Shown here in pieces: positions 54,182 through 64,000 of a DNA stretch of 64,000 nt (within the stretch, counting starts at the first letter, position 1; each line of letters starts with the position of its first letter). The notes beneath the pieces were generated by a model. That model was not told where the DNA came from and did not search any database. It saw nothing but the letters and a program-made list of their open reading frames with translations. Location: the NCBI RefSeq assembly GCF_009914755.1, contig NC_060932.1; one strand, given 5' to 3'. A program made the translations under genes and the position numbers. The stretch is from the human T2T-CHM13v2.0 reference genome, Homo sapiens.

Positions 54182-54959
54182 TTAGATCATGCTTTTTTGG
54201 GGTGCTTCTTTGACTCACATATCACTTATTCTTCATATTACAATAACTGGAGTGTGCTGTGTCTCTCTCACTACCACAAGTCCTCCTTGAGGGAGAAGCC
54301 ATGAATGACCCTTCTCTGTATCTCAGGATCTAGGACAGAGGCTGGTGTATCAGGTATAAAATAGCATGTCTGGTGAATGAAGGAATGGGTCAAGCAGTTA
54401 GAGATGTGCAAAACTGTCTGGGCTTCCTTGGGAGAGGTGAGTATCCTTCCCTGAGAGGGGGATACATTGAGGGTGGAGGACCACCTGTTAGAGATGCTAT
54501 TAAGGGTCCTCTAGCTTCAGAGTGTCAAGGTGAAGGTCTCTGTAGCAGATCTTCCTTACTAGTGAGCAGTGATGAGTTCCAAGTGTGCTGGGACGTTGAT
54601 CTCTGAACTTGAGGGGCAGCCAGGAAAATGCTGGGGTGGCAGTGCTCCCTGGACACAATGCCTTTGGCCATGAGCAGCTCCACCTGTCTACTTCAGTGTT
54701 CTAGGATATGAGAAGCATACACTGATCCAAGGCGCTTCTACGTCTGAGAAGCTAGGGTTCCATATATCCATGCTTTCTAATCCTTCTCATATCATGTCAT
54801 AGTCCAGACACACTTTTCTGGAGACTCTACTGCCAGCCTTCCAGATGAGGGAGGAGTCTGTAATGCAGGGACACTTATCTGAATCATTGAATTTGAAAGA
54901 GATTTTTGGATTTGCTCTAAAATGTCTAGGGACACAGTGTGGACAGAAGGAGTGCATAG

Positions 54960-55392
54960 AATTGCTTCATTCCATGTTGATCCATACGGCTGACTGTGCT
55001 GTGTGCTCATAAACTCTTCCTTTACGCTGCCCTCTAGCCATGATCTTCCCATCCCTCTCCCTGGGGTTGAGAGAGGAGTACATTTCCCTTTTGCATTGAT
55101 GGACTTGGCACTTTGGTTAGTGGCGTGTGAGTGGACATAATGCAAGCAGAGGCCTGTGCAGTTTGGCTTGGCTTCTTGCATTTTCCAAGAGAAGAGCAAG
55201 GCTCAGGTGGCAGCTTGCCCCAGAATGAGAGATGCACGGAACAGACCTGAACTTAACTATAGCCCAAAGCAGCTGCTTGAACTGGTACAGCTGACTTGTA
55301 AACCTGCAAGGGAGGAAAATATTTTATTGTTGTAGGCCCCTGAAATTTTGGCATTAAAAACATGCAGTATTGTACCAGGGCTAACTAATACA
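54960..55392 (+). mobile_element. MLT1I/J-like LTR
   Basis: cttgccccagaatgagagatgcacggaacagacctgaac...gctaactaataca. Confidence 0.65.
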
Positions 55393-55728
55393 CTCTAGAA
55401 GATAGAATTAGAACCAATGAATGGAAGCTCTAGAGAGGCAGACTAAATGAGTGGTCTTTAATATATTCTCCAAATTCTTGTCTACATAAGGAATATTTAT
55501 ATTCTCTATAAAGGCACTTAGAGGAGACCTTAATTTTATTGAACATATTCATTGATTTGAATTTGGAGATTTGGGAACTGGAGCTGTAGACTGGGAGGAT
55601 TGCTCTATACAACAGAGGATTCAGGATATGTACTTCCATGTGCAACTAGAGTGGCAGGGAGAGAGGGGAGAGGAAAGAGATAAAACAAGAAAAGGCAGAA
55701 AAGCATGACTGATATAGTGGAAGGTGAT

Positions 55729-56121
55729 TGCTATGGACTGAATTTTATATCCCTGAAATTCACATGTTGAAGCCCTGAACCCCAATGTGACTCTTTGGAG
55801 ATAGGGCCCTAGGAAGATAATTAAGGTTAATGAGGTCATATGGGTGGGGTCTCGATCTGATAGAATTGGTGGCTTTATAAAAAGAAGGTGAGAGAGAAAG
55901 ATTTTTCTCTGTCTTTTCCTGCACGTGTTCAGAGGTAAGACCATAAAAGGACAAAGCAAGAAGGGGGCTGTCTGCAAGCCAGGAAAGAGCCCTCACCAGG
56001 AACTGAACCAGCTGGCACCTTGAGCTGGCACCAGCATCTAGAACTATGAGGAATACATTTCTGTTGTTTATGTCACCCATCCTGTGGTATATTGTTCTGG
56101 CAGCCAAAGTAGCTTAATACA
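55729..56121 (+). mobile_element. MLT1A0-like solo LTR
   Basis: tgctatggactgaat...gcagccaaagtagcttaataca; TSD gtgat/gtggt. Confidence 0.88.
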
Positions 56122-57229
56122 GTGGTGTACTCCTGAATCTATCTTGTCACGTGAGCCACAAATATTCAGTAGATTTAATTAATATTTAATTCATTATTGA
56201 AGTTAATATTAAATTTACTTAATTTTTATTTAAAAATTAATAACATTTAATATAATTTAAGTGAACTCTCAAATGTCTACTGGAAGTATGTATTTTATGG
56301 AAACAGGATAAGAAGTTGAGTTTGAGTGAGATGATCCAAAACAGTGATAGCAAATGCAGATGTAGGCACTGACTAAAGGGAGTCAGGAGAGGAAGCTCTG
56401 GAAAGACACGGAAACCATAAAGAGGGTTCTGGACTTCCAGAGACTATAGAAAGGGGATTTTAGCTAATTACACATAAATCTCTTAGCATCCAGTTGTTAT
56501 CTGGGTTACTAATAAAATTTCAGGTTACAGATCCTTTCTGAGTTATGGACTGCATAGACCCTCCCTGGAAGTTTTGGTCAGGATTCTTGTGCCCAGATTA
56601 GGAAAATCATAGAAGAAACATCCAGAATGTTTTTATGTGGCTTTTATCTTTCTGTCTGGATATGATGTAATTTATATAGTGTTTTAGAAAAACAATAATG
56701 TAAGGTGTTTGTGTTACTATTATCAAGCAGAATAATAATTAATAAGAAATAGAATAAAGGGAGCCCAGGCAGTATCTACTGTGGGGCAGGCATTCCAACG
56801 CATTTGGGCAGATCAGGCTGACAGGGGTGGAGGTGGTGGGGGCATTGCAAGTCTATTTGTTTGAGGGGCTGAGAAGCCTCCTGGAGAAGAACTGAGTCTA
56901 ATGGAAGCAGAAACTGAACAGGAAGAAGAAACTGAGGAGAAACTCCGACTTGTAAAAAAGCTCTAGATAATGGATGGGAGGGCCCACTTCAAAATCAATA
57001 TGGCTGTGTGTCTAGAGTCTATTTCTAGGGTATGGTCTCGGCCTGCCATCATTGCCTTGTGTCTGAGGAGTCTTGGGGGAGTGGTAGGGGGACAAATGCA
57101 GTGTAAGTCAAAAAATGGAAAAATGGTTTTCACTGAACTCATAGAGTAGGTGAGCTGCTTTGTTGCTCACAGACCAGAGAAATGCAAAAGGATTATGTCC
57201 TCTGCATCCCTATAAATGACCCTGGTAGG

Positions 57230-57410
57230 ACAGGTGATAGTTAAGAGTCAGAATCCAGAGTTCAGTTATCTTGGCTTTGAATTCAAGTGTTGGCATGTTT
57301 TAGCTGCATGATCCTGGATAATTCGCTTAACTTTTCACAGCCTCAGTTTCCTCTCTTGTAAAATGTGGATCATTAGAGTTTCTCGTCATAGAATCTTAAG
57401 AGTTAATACT
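57230..57410 (+). mobile_element. MIR
   Basis: gttaagagtcagaatccagag...agcctcagtttcctctcttgtaaaatg. Confidence 0.75.
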
Positions 57411-57679
57411 TCATCACAAAGCCAGGAATAAGATGAACCAGCAATTTGTGCTAGCTGCTTGGAGAAGCTCTGGCACGTCTGGGGTGCAGAGGTTTAAGTG
57501 TGGTGGTTGGGGACATCTGCAGGGGAAGCTGATGACCAGAGGTGATGAAAGAGGGTGATAGAGAAGTGTCCGGTGGTGGCAGAAGTCCTCAGGAAGCAGC
57601 TTCAGTCACTCTTATCAGAAAAAAAGGATAATGCCCTTGGCGGGGCAGCCTTGTTCTCTTGGGGTCTCTGTAGCAGCAG

Positions 57680-59705
57680 CTGTGGTGTGGGACAGTGGTA
57701 GACATGTGTCCTTACCCACAGCCATTGTCCCCTTCTACCTTACTTAACAGAAGATAGTTTGATTTGGATATTGGCAGCAGGCTTAGAAGAGGAGGTCTCA
57801 GTGCACAGCCTAGAGAATGAGTCTTGCTTAATCTAGCCAATTATGTTAATTCCATCCCCCTTTGAGAATAACTGGTTAAGGGATGATAGATGACTTGTCT
57901 TGGCCAAAGAAATACAAGGAAAATGTTTATGAGGGGAGTGGCTTCTGGAAGGAGTTTTCCTGTTCTCTAAAGAGACAAGTGGGGAGAAAATGCACCTCAA
58001 GTGGTTTGTAGACACAACCCTGGAGATTTAAGAAACAGGAGCCAGAGGGGAAGATGAAGGAAAGCCTCGTGGAAGTGGAGAGGGCTGTTCATAGGTTCAT
58101 GTGACAGTCGCTTTTTAAACACACGACTGAAAGAACGCCCCAACTAAAATGTCTGTGCAGCACGTCTAGGGAAACAGTGTAAATAGTTGATTCTATGTTT
58201 ACATAATCAGGATGTTAATGAAAATTATACAATTTTGTGTAAAAATTGTATACAATTTTGTGTAAAAATTGTATACAATTTTGGTATAGTGCAGATTTCA
58301 TTCTTTCTGTAACTTTAAAATTATTTTTCTTTGAGCACTATGGCAGACATGATCTGGTTGTCTTTCCAGCAGCAATTCCCTGCTTCCCACTGCACCACAC
58401 ATTTCCCAGTCAAGGAGTTTGGGTGGGATGGGCACAGGGCCAGTTTGAATAGTAGTTACATGTGTGGGCTCCCTAGTGAGAATGCATGGGTTAGAATCTC
58501 AGCTCTACCACTTACCACTGTGTAAACATAAGCACCTGAGTTGACCTTACTCAGCCATTCCTCTGTTATGAAATGGAGATCATGGTAAAAGCTGGCTCAT
58601 AAGATTGATGTCAGGATCAAGTGACTCTGTAGAATTATTAGGACACTATTTGGCATATGCTAAGTATTCAGCAAATTTATCCATTTTTCCTGACTTTCAT
58701 CTCCATCTCTTGGAGTGAGCCCTGATTGATATACACTGTCTCAAATAATCCATTCCCCTGGCTCCTGTACCTCCTGTAATGGGTTCAAGAATGGGCACAT
58801 GACTCAGCTAGGGGACTTTTCTTTGAACTATCAGGAAGCAGCCTTTTCTCCTGCCCCCAACCACAAAGCTGCAGGAGCTACTGGAAGACATCTTGGGACC
58901 CCAAGAGGAGAGCCTGCCTGTGAATAGAGGCTCTGCAAAGAAAGCAGAGCTGAAAAACAAAGAGAGAAACTGTCTCAATCACATCATTTCAGCCCTGGAT
59001 ACAGCCTAGCCTGAAACCCAGATCTGTTTAGCTACATGAGCCAATCAGTTTCCTTTTTGCACAAACCAGTTAGGGCTGGATTTAATATTTCTTAAAGAAT
59101 ATTAATAAACACTATGCTCTGCAGATTAAAGAGACAAATGTGACATGGATTCTGACCTGGCCTCGGAGAATTTAGTCTAACAATGTGGCTAATGTTATGA
59201 TTTACTGTCTGCTGCTGTTTAAACTTTTAGCCAATTAATCAGCTTATACAGGCAGTCAGTTTGACTTTGAATCATTTGATGTTGAAACAGCATGATACGA
59301 GGAATTAATAAAGTTCGCTTTTTTTTTGGGCAATCATTAATGCTATTGGTCAAATATTTTCCGGCACATGGTAGTATTAAGTTTCTGGCCCCCTTGTGGT
59401 TGGGTGGGGCAGTGGGGTTAGCCCCAGCCAATGAGTTATGAGTAGTAGTTAGCATCATCCTGGGCCCAAGCATTAAATTGCAGATTTGAGACCCTTCTGA
59501 GCTGTTTTCCCTTTGCATAGCAACTGGCAAAATTCCAGATGGTGGCTGTTCCATTAGCCTGGGTCCCTGAAGGATTTCAGGGAGCATCAACCCACCAACG
59601 CACAAGACACATGTGGTGACAGTAGAAAATAAATGCTTGTGGTCCTGAGCTGCTGAAATTTTGGGTTATTGCTCACTGTAACACAACCTAGCTTCTTGAG
59701 TGATG
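57680..59705 (+). mobile_element. Cluster of old MLT1 (J/K/L-like) LTR fragments with an interposed MIR
   Basis: MLT1 motifs at about 57680-58010, 58337-59090 (tacatgagccaat) and 59350-59705 (ccagatggtggctgttccattagcctgggtcc). Confidence 0.55.
58221..58283. repeat. 23-bp tandem repeat containing an 18-bp perfect palindrome
   Basis: aaaattgtatacaatttt at 58242-58259 and 58265-58282. Confidence 0.95.
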
Positions 59706-60846
59706 CGATGAGGTCTTAGCAAAGTCTTTCTCACTTAAAATGTGCCTGTCCTGTGCCTTTATTTTCAAATCATATCCAATAAGTAATGAAATAGTCTACC
59801 TTTAAATAACTCCCCCTCTTTTTCATTTTGTTCATATTTTCAATAATTGATGAATCGTTATGAGCCCATATTGCATAGGATAGAGGGTTGGGAGGAAGCC
59901 AGGAAGATGGGGTAGGACAGAAATAATTTTATTTGCCAATAAATTATATCTCAGTCTCTTCTGATTTAGACGATTTTTTACTTTCATTTTGGCAAATGCT
60001 TAGTCATCCAGAATTCATCCCCTTTCCTCCCTAAGGTGGCGTCTGGCTGGGAAGGGGAGTTATGTACCTTTGTGGCTGTGGGAAAGGAGGCCTGGGATCT
60101 GTGGCTGAAGGTTTACCCTGCTGATCTCTGGATGGTTTGGGATGGTTTCCAGGTCACTTGCCCAGATGACCTTGAGACACAGCTGGTGAATCTGGGATCT
60201 GTTCTCTTCCTCTTTCTCTGTCTCTCTGTTTCTCCCTGTCTCTGCTTCTGTCTCCTCACATGCTGCCTGTGCTCTATCCTGCCTTCCCCCGTGCTCCCTG
60301 TGGCTCTGCCACTTTGCTTCCTGACATGGCTTTGTGAGGTTTGCTGGGGTTCTCAGTGCAGTTACCTTCCACTCCCCTCACCAGGAAGGCATAGGCTTCT
60401 GGGTCCTTTCCATGCTGTGGGTAGGAAGGGGCTGATGGACCTCAGGAGGGCACTTTAGGTTGTTTTTCTGCCTTGTCTGTGCTAATCACCAATCAAGCCT
60501 GTGTGACTGCTCCGTGTTAGCAGGTGACCAGGGTATCACGGATGTGCAGCAAAGCCCTCCAACTGTCTGCTTCTCTGCTTTGGAATTCTGGAGGTGGAAG
60601 CCATTGCACACGTGTCTGATTGTGTACTCCCAACCTTTTTCTTATTTCTGCACTGGGTTGGAAAGCTTAGCAATTTCCCTATCGGGTGGGATTTCCACCA
60701 CATCACATCCTAAGTATTCTCTGTGCCTTGCTCAAAATACTGTCTTGATAATTTTATTTTACTATTCAAAAGATGAATAGCAAATGTGTTTTTTTGTCTT
60801 TGCATTTCTGCTCCAAGAGTTCTAATCACACACATCTTTCTACTTT

Positions 60847-61167
60847 CTTTTCTTTTCTTTCTTTCTTTTTTTTTTTTTTTTTTGAGATGGAGTTTCGCTC
60901 TTTCACCCACAGGCTGGAGTGAAGTGGTGTGATCTTGGCTCACTGCAACCTCCGGCCCCTGGGTTCAGGTGATTCTCCTGCCTCAGCCTCCTGAGTAGCT
61001 GGGATTATAGGGCCATGCCACCACGCCCGGCTAATTCTTGTATTTTTAGTAGAGACGGGGTTTCACCATGTTGGCCAGGCTACTCCCAAACTCTTGACCT
61101 CAGGTGATTCACCCACCTTGGCCTCCTAAAGTGCTAGGATTACAGGCGTGGGCCACCACCCCCAGCC
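60847..61167 (-). mobile_element. Alu (AluSp/Sq-like), antisense
   Basis: Reverse dimer; TSD cacatctttctacttt at 60831 and 61167. Confidence 0.95.
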
Positions 61168-61368
61168 ACATCTTTCTACTTTTTTGCCATGGCAGATGGA
61201 TGCCTTTCATTTATCAGAGAGAAGGTCACATATGTGGAAATGCACAGAAACAGGCACATTCTCATTAAAACTACCTCTGCCATCATTCTAATGTCTTTGA
61301 GGAAAAGGCTTATATTTCATTTCTTTCTGCACTTCTCTATGCTGTGTAGCACATGGTAGGTACACACA

Positions 61369-61513
61369 CAGGATGATCTACTTTTCCCAGTTAGTTCAGG
61401 ACTTTCTTAGTTTTAGTGTTGAAAATCTCATGTCCAGAGAACCTCTCACACTAGAGAGCCTCTCACACTAGACAGCTGTCCTGGTGGGCAAACTGGGACA
61501 GTTGGTTACCTTA
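61369..61513. mobile_element. MER81-like hAT MITE
   Basis: ggactttcttagttttagtgttgaaa...gggcaaactgggacagttggttacct match recalled MER81. Confidence 0.65.
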
Positions 61514-62098
61514 TTTATGCAATTCATATTTATTGTTGAAGAAGCTGGCGATGTTTTTGGTATGAAATAATCACCTCTTATTAATTTAGCAGTGGTTGTG
61601 CTCAGCCAACATGTAATTGAGTCATAAGATCTCACTTCAACTAACACATGATTACCCCTCACAAGAAAAGAATAAACAGAGCCCACATTCATGCATTTGC
61701 TAATTGTTTTCTCTGGCCCTCTGGTCTTTGGCCATAACAACTGCTGGACTTCAAAGGACTAGAGAAGTGGTTGGCTGGGGTACAGGCCCCACTCTTTAAA
61801 TCTATTAAAGTCTTATATTGATGGTTTCAAACTGTTAGTTGTTGCTTCTTGTGAGATATACCAGGACAAAGGAGGACAGAGACTCTCATGAATAATTTGT
61901 GATAGACAGAAATCCTTGCCATAGTCCTTGGCTCAAAACGGTGGAGGGAAAGGGATAGCATTCAGGATCCAAAAGGTTGGTTCAGATGTGCCACTCACTG
62001 GCTGTCATGGCTTGACTAAGGTCTCTATTCTGCTGAAGGGTAAATAAACAGATAACCTTTATACTAGTGCTAATGTGTGGGGATTTATCATGGCCAAA

Positions 62099-62225
62099 CA
62101 GCTACTCAGGAGGCTGAGGCAGGAGGATTGCTTGAGCCCAGGAATTCAAGGGTACAGTGAGCCATGTTTGTACCACTGCACTCCAGCCTGGGTGGCAGAG
62201 TAAGACTCTGTCTCTTAAAAATATA
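62099..62225 (+). mobile_element. Alu right-arm fragment (AluJ/FRAM-like)
   Basis: cagctactcaggaggctgagg...agactctgtctc. Confidence 0.85.
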
Positions 62226-62226
62226 A

Positions 62227-62917
62227 GGCTAGGTGTGGTAGCTCATTCCTGTAATCCCAGCACTTTGGGAGGCTGGGATTACAGGAATGAGGTGGGAGGA
62301 TTACTTGAACCCAGGAGTTCAAGACCAGCCTAGGCAACATAGTGAGACACTCTCTCTAAAAAAAATAAAATTAGCTGGGTGTGGTGGCATGCATCTGTTG
62401 TCCCAGATACTGAGGAGGCTGAGATGGGAGGATTGCTTGAGCCCGTATATTAGTCTGTTCTCACATTGCTATAAAGATATATCTGAAACTTGGTAATTCA
62501 TAAAGAAAAGAGGTTTAATTGGCTCATTGTTCTGCAGGCTGTACAGGAAGCATGGCTGGGGAGGCCTTGGGAAACTACAATCATGGTGGAAGGTGAAGGG
62601 GAAGCAGGCACATCTTCACATAGCCAGGGCAGAAGGAAGAGGAAGAAGGGGGAGACGCTATACACTTTTAAACAACCAGATCTTGTGAGAACTCATTCAC
62701 CATTGTGAGAACAGCAAGGGGGAAATCTGACCCCGTGGTCCAATCACCTCCTAAAGGCCCCCTTTCCAACATGGGGGATTACAATTTGACATGAGATTTG
62801 GGTGGGAGCACAAATCCAAACCATATCAACCTGGGAGGTTGGGGCTGCAGTGAACCATGATTGTGCCACAGTGCTGCAGCCTGGGTGACAGAGCAAGACT
62901 GTGTCCCCTCAAAAAAT
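62227..62917 (+). mobile_element. AluJ-like, split by a MaLR LTR
   Basis: Alu reads to gattgcttgagcccg (62445) and resumes acctgggaggttggggctgcagtga (62829). Confidence 0.88.
62446..62828 (-). mobile_element. MSTA/THE1D-like MaLR solo LTR
   Basis: tatattagtctgttctcacattgctataaag...gagatttgggtgggagcacaaatccaaaccatatca; degenerate TSD gcccg/acctg. Confidence 0.88.
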
Positions 62918-63367
62918 TATAGTTCCCTATCATGATCATAAAGCCCTTTTATGAAATTGCCCCATTTTGTAACTTCTCCAATCTTTCGGCAAGCCCAGGC
63001 ATGTTTTGCCCTTCCTCAGTCCTGTTCTATCGCCCATCTGGGACATCCCCGAACCCTCTGTCAGATCAGGGCTTTCACTCTTTCCCAGCCTCCACCAATC
63101 TCCAGGCACCTGATTCTCCTCCAAGCTGTCACCTCTCACTTCTCTTAGAAGACTTATGACATTTTCATACCTTTTGTGAATATTAAGTAACCACTTAGCT
63201 GGGAATACATGCTCTTTTGCCTTTTTTATTGGTTTTGTGGCCCTTCCCCTGAGGGACTGCACAGAAATGGGTGGAAGGCAGGATTTGAGCCTTGCTGGAT
63301 ACTGGCCTATGGATCCCAGCCTCACACCATCTCATACACAATGTTCCTGACCCATAGCAGCTCTCCC

Positions 63368-63610
63368 TTTTTTAAATTCATTTTCTATAGTGGTAAAAAT
63401 ATGTATTATACAATTTGCCATTTAAACCATTTTAAAGTATGCAATTTGGTGGCATTAATTATATTCAAAATGTTGTTTGACTTGTTACCACCATCTATGT
63501 CAAAACCCTTTTTGTTAACCCAAACAGAAACTCTATGACCATGAAGCAAGAATTCCCCACTTGCTTCCCAGACCCTGGTAACCCCTAATCTACTTTTTGT
63601 CTCTGTCAGT
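63368..63610 (-). mobile_element. L1MB 3' end, antisense
   Basis: tttgccatttaaaccattttaaag...ccagaccctggtaacccctaatctactttttgtctctg. Confidence 0.85.
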
Positions 63611-64000
63611 TCCATAGCAACTCCATTTACAGTTATACTATGGAGCATGCTATGGAGGAGGTCATAGGCCTTTGTGATGTCTATATGGTTTAATGGTACC
63701 TATAAATTTGGTTGTAAGTAAAGCACTCAGATAAGTTCATTATATGAGTGTCATGAATCTACTGTACTTAAATTCTGCCCAGAATTATGTGTGGGGATGT
63801 GGGAAATATAGAAATATAAGATTTGGTCTTTGTTAAGGTTAATACATTTATTGCTTCTTGTTCCCTTTGGCCATGAAAAAATATCACACAACTATTGAAG
63901 TGCTCTTTGCAGCTGAGAGCCTCAGAATCTTTCTTATCACCATTATCAAGGTCAGCACTTGTCACATTTTAATGGGCACATGACTTATCCGGGCATTATG

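Overview
This is primate, almost certainly human, non-coding genomic DNA; it contains an Alu with the diagnostic AluYa5 changes at 53831. It is not microbial. I recognise no protein-coding gene, rRNA, tRNA or CRISPR array. The ORF track is mostly chance reading frames through Alu, LTR and L1 relics; the only real protein homologies are decayed L1 ORF1p and ORF2p fragments. Much of the window is layered interspersed repeats: about 20 Alu/FLAM/FAM SINEs, MIR, L2, L3, old L1M/L1P fragments, MaLR/ERVL LTRs (THE1, MSTA, MLT1, MLT2, LTR16, LTR47), a full MER11A solo LTR, and DNA-transposon fossils (Tigger3a, MER63, MER119, MER81). Subfamily names come from recalled consensus sequences, not a RepeatMasker run, and boundaries of old elements are approximate. 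The most notable observations are: a young, possibly polymorphic AluYa5; a strong CTCF-like motif at about 53018; several fold-back or template-switch micro-scars; a tiny 5'-inverted (twin-primed) L1; nested insertions with readable target-site duplications (TSDs); and a few repeat-free islands that may be enhancers or lncRNA exons. I found no evidence for a novel biological system and could not identify the locus.
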